Of a stretch of 50,997 nt of DNA, positions 35,681 to 44,284 are shown in pieces. Both the position numbers and the translations under genes were made by a program. Position 1 is the stretch's first letter. Each line of letters opens with the position of its first letter. The DNA comes from a virus (taxonomy: Duplodnaviria; Heunggongvirae; Uroviricota; Caudoviricetes), in IMG/VR virus record IMGVR_UViG_648276648_000009, positions 1 to 50,997 of that record; one strand, 5' to 3'. The notes under the pieces were generated by a model. The model ran no database searches and had not been told where the DNA came from. It worked only from the letters and a program-made list of their open reading frames with translations.

Positions 35681-36532
35681 TTATTGCGCGCTTTCGGGGT
35701 TGTCGTTTACTGGCTGCCCCTTCTTGGTTTTACGGCTGCGCGTAACTGATGCGGCTGACTTAACCTTTTTCTCTTCGCGAGTGATGGCAATTTGTTTTTT
35801 TACATTTTCAATATCTGCCAGGCGATATATTTTTGCTTGCGGCCAGCGGTCGCAGATGATCGGTTCTATGGAGTCATAAAGGCTAAATTTTGCTTTTTCG
35901 AATTCACCGTTGATGATAATTCCATCACGGAGAGTTTCATCGCAGATAAACACGCCACACAGTGGCACATGGTAACTAACTGATTTACCATCATTGTAGT
36001 TAGGGCTACTGGAAATGTAGTGGACGCGCAGCATTGTTTCGCTAAAGCCGTGTACGCGCATACGGAATTTTTCATCCTCCGGGTACTGCCTCATTAGCTC
36101 TTTTGTTGCTTCCAGGTTCTCTATGTATTTCGCACTGTGCTCATTGATCCCCGCGCTTTTTTGGATGCGAATGTCCTTATCAATCAGATGAATAATGCGG
36201 CCAGCGGTCATGTTGACGCTGTTCACAGCTTCTGTCTGATAAGTTGTAACCTTGCGCACACCGCGAAGGATGTTAGGCACTGGATATAAAATAGTCTTTG
36301 GGATATTGAGGTCTGGGTACTGTTCCAGTTCCCGCGCCATTAAAGTCCATTTATCAATTTCAGCCTGAATGCTGTCAGTTTCTTTGAACGGTAGAACGAC
36401 AACCGGGCGTACAGGACGACCGTCGCTGGCTGTATCAACGTGTTGGGCGCGTGCAACAGCTTTTTTTAGAAAGAGATCCCTGAAGCTGACGAACTCCTGG
36501 TACAGTTGTTCGCCGTAGACATAATTTATCAT
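35681..36532 (-). CDS. c1: C1 repressor of lysogeny
   Basis: 283 aa starting MINYVYGEQLYQEF, matching P1 C1 as recalled. Confidence 0.95.
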   Translation of the reverse strand: MINYVYGEQLYQEFVSFRDLFLKKAVARAQHVDTASDGRPVRPVVVLPFKETDSIQAEIDKWTLMARELEQYPDLNIPKTILYPVPNILRGVRKVTTYQTEAVNSVNMTAGRIIHLIDKDIRIQKSAGINEHSAKYIENLEATKELMRQYPEDEKFRMRVHGFSETMLRVHYISSSPNYNDGKSVSYHVPLCGVFICDETLRDGIIINGEFEKAKFSLYDSIEPIICDRWPQAKIYRLADIENVKKQIAITREEKKVKSAASVTRSRKTKKGQPVNDNPESAQ

Positions 36533-36626
36533 TGATCCTCCTCCAGAATTGACATGGTCAATAACGCCCGGCTGAGAAAACCGGTCATTACTGACCTATA
36601 TTATAGAGGGATCAAACAAAAATAAT

Positions 36627-36643
36627 AGATTTATTAGTGCATT
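36627..36643 (-). promoter_or_regulatory. C1 operator-like site, reverse orientation (AGATTTATTAGTGCATT), between coi and c1
   Basis: 14/17 match to the reverse consensus. Confidence 0.45.
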
Positions 36644-36852
36644 TATTGTGAGTCTAACTGGTTAGTTGCCATGAGATATTCGATTGTGTCAGTGAGATCA
36701 TCCAGGTCGTCTTGGGTGATGCGGTACTCCTGATTGGATATCTTTGAGTAGTGTTCAGCAATGGCGCGGGCAGCGTCGGTTTCGGCAGGGTCTACAGATA
36801 AAGCGTTAGAGCAATGTCTAACGTCGTCGATGGTTGGTTGAATGAAAGCCAT
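36643..36852 (-). CDS. coi: Coi (C1 inactivator)
   Basis: 69-aa acidic ORF immediately upstream of c1 on the same strand. Confidence 0.8.
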   Translation of the reverse strand: MAFIQPTIDDVRHCSNALSVDPAETDAARAIAEHYSKISNQEYRITQDDLDDLTDTIEYLMATNQLDSQ

Positions 36853-37090
36853 AATTATGCCTCACTGTATTGACAACACAGAGCCTGAAGCTCTGACCTA
36901 CTGTTTCACCCATGATCCATGCTGGGGTAATCTAACAACATTGCGCTGTGTGTAAGATGAGCAATGCATAGCTGTAATGCCGTTGTATAAGGTTTCCCTG
37001 TTTGCTCATTTCCTTCTGAGCCGCTCTACAACGCTGAAGACACATTAAATAGTGAATCCAAAGTCGTATTACGTAACGGCGGCAAAACCA

Positions 37091-37107
37091 TAATTTATTA
37101 GAGCAAT
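37091..37107 (-). promoter_or_regulatory. C1 operator, reverse orientation (TAATTTATTAGAGCAAT)
   Basis: 16/17 match. Confidence 0.65.
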
Positions 37108-37173
37108 TGTCAAACAACTATGAAAAACAATCCAGTTTTTAGCTGGTGGAGTGGGATTTTTCTCTCAAAATTT

Positions 37174-37190
37174 ATTGCTCTAATAATTAT
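37174..37190 (+). promoter_or_regulatory. C1 operator (ATTGCTCTAATAATTAT)
   Basis: 14/17 match, ~45 bp from loxP. Confidence 0.6.
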
Positions 37191-37233
37191 TGATTTTTGT
37201 GCGCAGCTGGACGTAAACTCCTCTTCGGACCTG

Positions 37234-37267
37234 ATAACTTCGTATAGCATACATTATACGAAGTTAT
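37234..37267 (+). other. loxP recombination site (ATAACTTCGTATA-GCATACAT-TATACGAAGTTAT)
   Basis: Exact 34-bp loxP: two 13-bp inverted repeats around an 8-bp spacer. Confidence 0.98.
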
Positions 37268-37338
37268 CTTAAGGGTTATTGAACATGATCAATTTACCTG
37301 TAAATCCATACAGTTCAATACCTTACAGGTCAAATAGT

Positions 37339-37358
37339 GATCACTTGATCATTTGATC
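37339..37358. promoter_or_regulatory. Cluster of three GATC (Dam) sites in TGATCA-like hexamers (GTGATCAC TTGATCAT TTGATCAA) in the cre upstream region
   Basis: Read directly; flanked by inverted repeats. Confidence 0.5.
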
Positions 37359-37455
37359 AAGGTTGCGCTACGTAAAATCTGCGAAATGTTGGCAGTGTTA
37401 GTGCTCCAGATTTCGCGTAGCGCACTTAGCACCACCAATCAATCAGAGGTGAAAA

Positions 37456-37677
37456 ATGGGATATTCAGCTGCTAAAGTGTCCACTCATATTGAGCTTGAG
37501 AAAAACCGTGGTTACTGGCGGGCAAAAGGGTTTGATCGTGATAGTTGTCAACTGTCATTATCGCGCGGTGAAGAGAAAATAGAACGCACGCGCGGTCGCT
37601 GGCGTTTCTATGACGAGAACCATAAACAGGTAAAGGCAGAGCCGATCCTGTACACTTTACTTAAAACCATTATCTGA
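37456..37677 (+). CDS. Hypothetical 73-aa basic protein upstream of cre
   Basis: ORF preceded by GAGGTG SD; ends 8 nt before the cre ATG. Confidence 0.45.
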   Translation: MGYSAAKVSTHIELEKNRGYWRAKGFDRDSCQLSLSRGEEKIERTRGRWRFYDENHKQVKAEPILYTLLKTII

Positions 37678-37684
37678 GTGTTAA

Positions 37685-38716
37685 ATGTCCAATTTACTGA
37701 CCGTACACCAAAATTTGCCTGCATTACCGGTCGATGCAACGAGTGATGAGGTTCGCAAGAACCTGATGGACATGTTCAGGGATCGCCAGGCGTTTTCTGA
37801 GCATACCTGGAAAATGCTTCTGTCCGTTTGCCGGTCGTGGGCGGCATGGTGCAAGTTGAATAACCGGAAGTGGTTTCCCGCAGAACCTGAAGATGTTCGC
37901 GATTATCTTCTATATCTTCAGGCGCGTGGTCTGGCAGTGAAAACTATCCAGCAACATTTGGGCCAGCTAAATATGCTTCATCGTCGGTCCGGTCTGCCAC
38001 GACCAAGTGACAGCAATGCTGTTTCACTGGTCATGCGACGGATCCGAAAAGAAAACGTTGATGCCGGTGAACGTGCAAAACAGGCACTGGCGTTCGAACG
38101 CACTGATTTCGACCAGGTTCGTTCACTCATGGAAAATAGCGATCGCTGCCAGGATATACGTAATCTGGCATTTCTGGGGATTGCTTATAACACCCTGTTA
38201 CGTATAGCCGAAATTTCCAGGATCAGGGTTAAAGATATCTCACGTACTGACGGTGGGAGAATGTTAATCCATATTGGCAGAACGAAAACGCTGGTTAGCA
38301 CCGCTGGTGTAGAGAAGGCACTTAGCCTGGGGGTAACTAAACTGGTTGAGCGATGGATTTCTGTCTCTGGTGTAGCTGATGATCCGAATAACTACCTGTT
38401 TTGCCGCGTCAGAAAAAATGGTGTTGCCGCGCCATCATCCACCAGCCAGCTATCAACTCGCGCCCTGGAAGGGATTTTTGAAGCAACTCACCGATTGATT
38501 TACGGGGCAAAAGATGACTCTGGTCAGCGATACCAGGCCTGGTCTGGACATAGTGCCCGTGTCGGTGCCGCGCGAGATATGGCCCGCGCCGGAGTTTCTA
38601 TACCGGAGATCATGCAAGCTGGTGGCTGGACCAACGTAAATATTGTCATGAACTACATTCGTAACCTGGATAGTGAAACGGGGGCAATGGTGCGCCTGCT
38701 GGAAGATGGCGATTAG
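37685..38716 (+). CDS. cre: Cre site-specific tyrosine recombinase
   Basis: 343 aa, MSNLLTVHQNLPALPVDATSDEVRKNLMDMFRDRQAFSEHTWKMLLSVCRSWAAWCKLNN... Confidence 0.98.
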   Translation: MSNLLTVHQNLPALPVDATSDEVRKNLMDMFRDRQAFSEHTWKMLLSVCRSWAAWCKLNNRKWFPAEPEDVRDYLLYLQARGLAVKTIQQHLGQLNMLHRRSGLPRPSDSNAVSLVMRRIRKENVDAGERAKQALAFERTDFDQVRSLMENSDRCQDIRNLAFLGIAYNTLLRIAEISRIRVKDISRTDGGRMLIHIGRTKTLVSTAGVEKALSLGVTKLVERWISVSGVADDPNNYLFCRVRKNGVAAPSSTSQLSTRALEGIFEATHRLIYGAKDDSGQRYQAWSGHSARVGAARDMARAGVSIPEIMQAGGWTNVNIVMNYIRNLDSETGAMVRLLEDGD

Positions 38717-38733
38717 CCGTTCATTTGCGCTTG

Positions 38734-38750
38734 ATTGCTCTAATTATTTG
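38734..38750 (+). promoter_or_regulatory. C1 operator (ATTGCTCTAATTATTTG)
   Basis: 14/17 match, upstream of the cra-like ORF. Confidence 0.55.
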
Positions 38751-38766
38751 ATATTTATGGTGACAC

Positions 38767-39078
38767 ATGCGGAAGGATTTCAAAATAGACGGAAAATATG
38801 TGGTGCTGTCTGTAAGCTCTCAAATTCAGTCACCATCTGTCATTGTCACCGTAAAGTTGAGCGATAGGATGCCTGATATCGACTCGATATCTGTTGCGTT
38901 CCCCGTTAAAAGCATGCGGAGTGCTGAACATTTTGTGATGAATGCAACGGAGGAGGAAGCGCGGCGCGGGCTTACTAGAGTGATGGGGGAATTTGGCGAA
39001 CTCCTGGGTAAGGTAAACAATGCTCTTTCAATCAGTTCAGCAAGGTCCAAAGCGTTAACAGCTTCCATGATGAAATAA
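38767..39078 (+). CDS. cra: Cre-associated small protein (P1 Cra-like)
   Basis: 103-aa ORF immediately downstream of cre. Confidence 0.6.
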   Translation: MRKDFKIDGKYVVLSVSSQIQSPSVIVTVKLSDRMPDIDSISVAFPVKSMRSAEHFVMNATEEEARRGLTRVMGEFGELLGKVNNALSISSARSKALTASMMK

Positions 39079-39210
39079 AAAAAAGCCTGGCAAGGAGCCA
39101 GGCTGCACAAAAGAGCGGGTTTGTATTCCGCATCCAATCAATCAAGAAGGAGTATAGCACACAGGTACTGAAGTGAAAAAATGTGATTCGCGATAAACAA
39201 AATATCTACC

Positions 39211-39240
39211 ATTGCTCTAATTGATTGCTATAATTTAGCC
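39211..39240 (+). promoter_or_regulatory. C1 operator (ATTGCTCTAATTGATTG) overlapping a second partial copy (ATTGCTATAATTTAGCC) with TATAAT -10 hexamer
   Basis: Read directly upstream of ref. Confidence 0.55.
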
Positions 39241-39294
39241 GCATTTTTTGTCAACTACGAAGACGTTGCCATTACTTCACTCCTTGACATCATT

Positions 39295-39320
39295 GGCGGC
39301 CATTAGGCCGCCTTTTTTTT
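39295..39320 (+). terminator. Hairpin GGCGGCC-ATTA-GGCCGCC followed by T8, 5 bp upstream of the ref ATG (terminator or attenuator-like)
   Basis: Read directly; function uncertain because it abuts a start codon. Confidence 0.4.
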
Positions 39321-39325
39321 GCCAT

Positions 39326-39886
39326 ATGAAAACAATCGAACAAAAACTTGAACAGCGCCGCGAGTGGCAGAAGGCAGCCAGAGAACGAGCGATCGCTCGG
39401 CAACGGGAAAAGTTGGCTGACCCCGCCTGGCGAGAATCGCAATATCAGAAAATGCGGGATTCTATCGACCGCCGTATCGCTAAACAGAAAGAGCGCCCAC
39501 CAGCCAGCAAAACGCGGAAAAGTGCGGTAAAAATAAAATCTCGTGGCTTGAAGGGGCGAACACCGACGGCGGAGGAACGGACCATCGCCAATGCTCTTGG
39601 CACTCTCCCCTGCATTGCCTGCTACATGCATGGAGTAATATCTGAAGAGGTGTCTCTGCACCATATCTCCGGTCGTACCGCGCCGGGTTGTCACAAAAAG
39701 CAATTGCCCCTTTGTAGATGGCACCACCAGCATGCTGCACCGGCTGAAGTAAGAGCAAAATACCCCTGGCTGGTCCCTGTTCATGCCGATGGTGTGGTTG
39801 GAGGCAAGAAAGAATTCACCTTGCTGAACAAGTCAGAGATGGAGTTACTGGCTGACGCCTATGAGATGGCAAACATCATGCACTAA
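39326..39886 (+). CDS. ref: Ref (recombination enhancement function), HNH-type endonuclease
   Basis: 186 aa starting MKTIEQKLEQRREWQKAARERAIARQRE; Cys/His HNH-like cluster. Confidence 0.9.
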   Translation: MKTIEQKLEQRREWQKAARERAIARQREKLADPAWRESQYQKMRDSIDRRIAKQKERPPASKTRKSAVKIKSRGLKGRTPTAEERTIANALGTLPCIACYMHGVISEEVSLHHISGRTAPGCHKKQLPLCRWHHQHAAPAEVRAKYPWLVPVHADGVVGGKKEFTLLNKSEMELLADAYEMANIMH

Positions 39887-40075
39887 TAAATATATTATTT
39901 TTAATGATAAATGATTGACAACTGACAAGTGACTTCAGTCAGAATCATCACATGCCCGGTACGGATGGATCCCTTTTCAAATATTCCATGGACGGCACAG
40001 TCTGAGTACCGGGCGCTACCTTCAGTTGTATTGCTAAGCCGCCGCTGGTGGCTTTTCTTTTTTGTAGGGGGCGCT

Positions 40076-40717
40076 ATGGATAAGAAAATATGCGTTGTTT
40101 CGATGAGCGTCGGCAAACCGGCGTCAATGACTGCTGCATGGATCAATAACGAGCTGATAATGGCTGAGCGGACCAGCTACCCTGAACGCCGCCGCGATAT
40201 GGAACTCCAGCTGCTGCGCGAATTGCGAGAAAAAGAGGATAAGGGTTTTATCGTGCTGGTGGAAGAGGAAAACAGCTTTATTACTGGTCGAGTTGGCCAG
40301 CGTGTAAGGTTGCGCGATCCCTTCATGAACGGCAGGCCGGTACTAATTGAGGCAATGCAGATTTACAAGGAGTTGGAACGCCAGAAAGCGATCAAGTTAC
40401 CGCGCAAAGAATCCGGCAAATACATCCTCCACCAAAGCATCTTCGATTCCGAACATGACAAAAAAGGCGATGAATTTTTCAACATCAACTGGAGCGAAAT
40501 AACGACAGAGCATGTTCTGACGTTACTATGTTGCTTTGCGACGGAATACAACAACGTTGCCAGCGCCGACTACATCAGGGCAATGGATGGAGAAGTTGAG
40601 GCACGCCAGGAACCATCGTTACTAAGCCCTCTGATTAACATAATTCGCGGCACACAGAGACTTGCGGAAAAAAGCGTTCCACATGGAATCTTAACTGGAA
40701 AGGGAAACTATTTTTAA
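40076..40717 (+). CDS. mat: Mat-like protein
   Basis: ORF downstream of ref; internal ATG 40076 preceded by GGGGG SD. Confidence 0.6.
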   Translation: MDKKICVVSMSVGKPASMTAAWINNELIMAERTSYPERRRDMELQLLRELREKEDKGFIVLVEEENSFITGRVGQRVRLRDPFMNGRPVLIEAMQIYKELERQKAIKLPRKESGKYILHQSIFDSEHDKKGDEFFNINWSEITTEHVLTLLCCFATEYNNVASADYIRAMDGEVEARQEPSLLSPLINIIRGTQRLAEKSVPHGILTGKGNYF

Positions 40718-40750
40718 CATCCCCAAATCCTTTTGGGGAACAACTCATTC

Positions 40751-41062
40751 TTACAATAGCGGCCCCATACATTGTCTCCAGGCACTCCCCTCATTACCGT
40801 TATCAAGAAACGTAGAGGTTGCATATGGAATGCCTCTGATTTGTGTTGATATGAATGGACCATCAGACGTCGAAGTTGTACGCAGTTTTGATGTAAGTAC
40901 GTATTTTCCACTGATGCCTTTCTCTGCCAGAGCTTTTGATTTTGTGATAACTAAATCTGCACATTTCTCTGCGGCTACATATTGCGGGTCTTTTTCAGCT
41001 TTTCCGGCACATGCAGTTATCGTTAAAACGATAGCTGCGGCTAACAAATTACCTAGTTTCAT
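40751..41062 (-). CDS. Small lipoprotein (signal peptide with lipobox LTITAC)
   Basis: MKLGNLLAAAIVLTITACAGK... ; sits in the position where P1 carries res-mod. Confidence 0.6.
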   Translation of the reverse strand: MKLGNLLAAAIVLTITACAGKAEKDPQYVAAEKCADLVITKSKALAEKGISGKYVLTSKLRTTSTSDGPFISTQIRGIPYATSTFLDNGNEGSAWRQCMGPLL

Positions 41063-41166
41063 CTGCATACCTTATTAAGTGCATTAAAAACAGTAGGTTG
41101 CCAAGGTTTAAAACAAATTTCAACCCCCCGTGACGCGCAACATGAGCAAAAATAACACACAATCCC

Positions 41167-41199
41167 ATTGCTCTAATAAATTTGATTTATTGGAGCAAA
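41167..41199. promoter_or_regulatory. Inverted pair of C1 operators (exact ATTGCTCTAATAAATTT at 41167-41183, then reverse-oriented ATTTATTGGAGCAAAT)
   Basis: Read directly between the lipoprotein gene and immI-like module 2. Confidence 0.65.
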
Positions 41200-41259
41200 T
41201 AACCTACCATTGCGCACTGCCCTATTGATCTTCCTGTCGTTCAGGCTTATAGTCCCACC

Positions 41260-41495
41260 GTCGTAGCAAATTCTGCGACCGGGTTTGACAGCCTGAATGT
41301 ACATGCGGACAACCGCAGATTTCCGATATTGCGGTATTTTTGTGTCCGTAAACCACGTTACGCCCGAATTATGGTGGGGCGTGATGGGGAGGCTTCGGCC
41401 TGCTGGTTTCATGTACGCCAGTCTGTCAACCCCGTCACGTCCTGCCACCTGTTTGACAGCGGGTAGCAGGTTGTTAAACCTGTACATGAGGCCGT
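41260..41495 (+). ncRNA. Structured leader of immI-like module 2 with a three-element sense/antisense/sense arrangement; candidate c4-type antisense RNA
   Basis: TTGATC-N17-TATAGT promoter at 41226-41254; GTTTGACAGCCTGAATGTACATG (41283-41305) is complementary to CATGTACGCCAGTCTGTCAAC (41406-41430), which can also pair with TTGACAGC...TGTACATGAGG overlapping the icd-like RBS. Confidence 0.4.
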
Positions 41496-41499
41496 AACT

Positions 41500-41721
41500 A
41501 TGGTTAATGCCAATCCTTGCGCACGCCCTGAATTTATCTGGCGCTTTTACTCCTGCCAGAAACGTCACTATCACTTCGTTATTGCACCGACAGAAGATGA
41601 GGCTCGCTCTCAGCTTCCGGATGCTCCCTGCATTTTCTCTGCCCGTTTTTCCACTGATTTGCGCAACTCTCTCAGTTACTGGTGTCTCCCTGTTAACGCT
41701 TCTGCTCAGGAGGGACTATGA
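41500..41721 (+). CDS. icd: Icd-like 73-aa protein, copy 2
   Basis: Identical to copy 1 except the first 9 residues and one S-to-L change; ATGA overlap with the antirepressor. Confidence 0.65.
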   Translation: MVNANPCARPEFIWRFYSCQKRHYHFVIAPTEDEARSQLPDAPCIFSARFSTDLRNSLSYWCLPVNASAQEGL

Positions 41722-42836
41722 GAACGTCATTAGTCACCCGTGAAGAGATGATCGAGGCAATTGAACAGCATACCGCCTGTATCAGTACCAAGGATATACC
41801 GGGCGTTATTGCCAACTACTTCATGATCACCAAACAACTTTACCGGAGAAAGGACAAGAACGCGGTTCACCGTATCCTGTTGTCTGATATCCGCGAATAC
41901 CTGCTCGAACAGGGTCATCTGAATTACGCAACCGTCGCAGCCGAAGCACGCAAGGAGGCACACAGAATGAAAGCAACTAACGTTAAATCAGAAAAAATTT
42001 ATGCACCTTCAGTTCAGGAATCGGAACTGGTGGTTGTTCAGAATCAGCCGGATGAAATTCCCGTTCTGGAATGGCAGGGAGTACGTGTCGTGACAACCGA
42101 AACTCTTGCTAGAGGGTATGGGACAGAAACAATCCGTATTCGCCAAAATCATCATGAGAACAAAGTACGCTTTGTTGAAGGGAAGCACTTTTTCAAAGTT
42201 GAAGGAGAATCATTGCGCGAGTTGAAGCACAGAGTAGCTTTAAACTACTCTGTAAAAATTGCTCGCAATGTTCGCTCACTCACCCTCTGGACAGAACGCG
42301 GCGCAGCCCGCCACGCTAAAATGCTCGAAACCGATCAGGCATGGGCATTCTTTGAAAAACTGGAAGACAGCTACTTCCGACAAAAAGAACAGCAACCGGT
42401 TGCAATCCCCCAGACGCTTCCAGAAGCCCTACGCCTGGCTGCCGAACTGGCTGAACAAAAGCAGCTTCTGGAACAGAAAGCCCACCAGCTAAATCAGCAG
42501 CTGGTGGCCGCCGCTCCTAAAGTCGATTTTGCCGACCGGGTATCAGTAGCTAAAGGGATCCTGATTGGGAATTTTGCAAAGGTTGTTGGACTTAAGCAAA
42601 ACGCGCTGTTTGCCTGGTTACGGGAGAACGGCATCCTGATTGCGTCCGGCGGGCGTAAAAATGTACCGCTCCAGCAATACATCAACGCCGGGTATTTCAC
42701 GGTGAAAGAAGTGGTGCTGGATGATGAAGATGGCTACCAGATACGGTTGACGCCTCAATTAACGGGTAAAGGCCAGCAGTGGTTGACGCGTAAACTGCTC
42801 GATGCTGGCTTGTTAAAACCGGTGGCAGCTGAATAA
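41718..42836 (+). CDS. ant: Phage antirepressor, copy 2 (mosaic: termini near-identical to copy 1, central ~70 aa divergent)
   Basis: 372 aa; direct comparison with 34536-35648. Confidence 0.85.
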   Translation: MRTSLVTREEMIEAIEQHTACISTKDIPGVIANYFMITKQLYRRKDKNAVHRILLSDIREYLLEQGHLNYATVAAEARKEAHRMKATNVKSEKIYAPSVQESELVVVQNQPDEIPVLEWQGVRVVTTETLARGYGTETIRIRQNHHENKVRFVEGKHFFKVEGESLRELKHRVALNYSVKIARNVRSLTLWTERGAARHAKMLETDQAWAFFEKLEDSYFRQKEQQPVAIPQTLPEALRLAAELAEQKQLLEQKAHQLNQQLVAAAPKVDFADRVSVAKGILIGNFAKVVGLKQNALFAWLRENGILIASGGRKNVPLQQYINAGYFTVKEVVLDDEDGYQIRLTPQLTGKGQQWLTRKLLDAGLLKPVAAE

Positions 42837-42967
42837 TGGAAGAATGCCCGGTTGAGATGCCGGGCATGATTAAATGTCTCTTCAGCACATTACCGAAGTT
42901 CAATCTTCAACCAAGAAGTGTACTCGCATACGATTATCGCAATAAAATACTTGAAGTTTTATAAACT

Positions 42968-43441
42968 GTGAGTATCATTGCCCATATGAAAACATCCTAT
43001 TTAACTATATTGGCTTTCCATATTCGCGATTTTCGCGAGAAGTATGGTGTTACTCAATCAGACATTGCATCTGGCCTTGGGATAACAAGTGCCGGTTGGG
43101 GAAAAATTGAAAATGGTAAGTCCTCTCTCTCTGTAGAGAATATGATGAAATTCTGTAAAATTATTAATATTGATGCAACCATACTTCTTGATATTTCCAC
43201 GAAATCGGCAAAAAACTTAATCAAATGTGGATGGAGTGTATCTTATTCTCCTGTTGAGGATGATAATTTAATAGACGGAAAAAATATATTTGCTAAAACA
43301 CATGGAATGAATAACGTCATGAGGAAATTTATAGACGGGAAACTTGGAAGTGTTTTAGACAAAGAATTTGATGACATTATTATGAAATATGCAACATTTT
43401 ATATGGTTGTAGCTAAAAATCTAAGAGATGACTTGATTTAA
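42968..43441 (+). CDS. XRE-family helix-turn-helix regulator with C-terminal extension
   Basis: HTH LTILAFHIRDFREKYGVTQSDIASGLGITSAGWGKIENGKSSLSVENMMKFCKIINI; AT-rich codon usage. Confidence 0.65.
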   Translation: MSIIAHMKTSYLTILAFHIRDFREKYGVTQSDIASGLGITSAGWGKIENGKSSLSVENMMKFCKIINIDATILLDISTKSAKNLIKCGWSVSYSPVEDDNLIDGKNIFAKTHGMNNVMRKFIDGKLGSVLDKEFDDIIMKYATFYMVVAKNLRDDLI

Positions 43442-43456
43442 AAATGGAGTGTACAT

Positions 43457-44209
43457 ATGGCATACAGACAAGACAGCGATCTTGAATTCCTAGCTAAATG
43501 TAGCGACCGTGATCTTGATGATTTAGTTAACCTATTGATTTATGATAACGATGGCAAAAAAAGATGGACTGAAGAGTTATCTAACAATCGACAATATAAG
43601 GAATTTGTACCAAGACATAGCGTATATTGGAGAGAAATTGCTGCTGAAATTCAATGTTATGGTGGAAATACCATAGCAACTCTCTTGCGTGGTGGTAAAG
43701 GGGTCTGCTACAGAGAAATTCTCATTGATGTATGCAATAAGCTAAAGGTTAATTTCAATGCCAAGAGCCGAATAGAGGTTATTGAACAAAATCTTCTATT
43801 AAAAATTCTCAGCGACTCTCTAGATAACATGTCATCCGAAGATATAAAAGTTTTTGCCATGGAACTTGGATTGGATGAAGTTACAAGATTTACTCCTGAG
43901 GCAGTTCTATCTGCCTTCCAATATATTTTCAGGGCCGGCGGTTTCAGATCTTATCAGGTAACTCTTAAATTTGCGAATCTTTTACTAAAAATTTTAATTG
44001 GACGCGGTTTGACACTCGCAGGTAATCAAATACTCGTAAAAGCATTATCTATTTTAACAGGCCCAATTGGTTGGACTATAACAGCCGCATGGACCATTGT
44101 AGATGTGGGAGGAACTGCTTATCGAGTAACAATTCCTGCTGTTATTCAAGTTGCTGTACTAAGGGCGAAAGTCAATAATAATATTAAAGACAGCGATATT
44201 ACCTTGTGA
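43457..44209 (+). CDS. YaaW/DUF3944-like protein with C-terminal glycine-rich hydrophobic segment
   Basis: 250 aa; YDNDGK...CYGGNTIATLLRGG...YREILIDVCNKL and C-terminal VDVGGTAYRVTIPAVIQVAVL resemble YaaW (UPF0174) as recalled; GGAGTG SD. Confidence 0.6.
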   Translation: MAYRQDSDLEFLAKCSDRDLDDLVNLLIYDNDGKKRWTEELSNNRQYKEFVPRHSVYWREIAAEIQCYGGNTIATLLRGGKGVCYREILIDVCNKLKVNFNAKSRIEVIEQNLLLKILSDSLDNMSSEDIKVFAMELGLDEVTRFTPEAVLSAFQYIFRAGGFRSYQVTLKFANLLLKILIGRGLTLAGNQILVKALSILTGPIGWTITAAWTIVDVGGTAYRVTIPAVIQVAVLRAKVNNNIKDSDITL

Positions 44210-44284
44210 TATTATAACTCCATCCATCAAGGAAGAGGTGCTAATCCTCTTCCTGTAATTCTATGATTCCTAAATGTTAATGAG

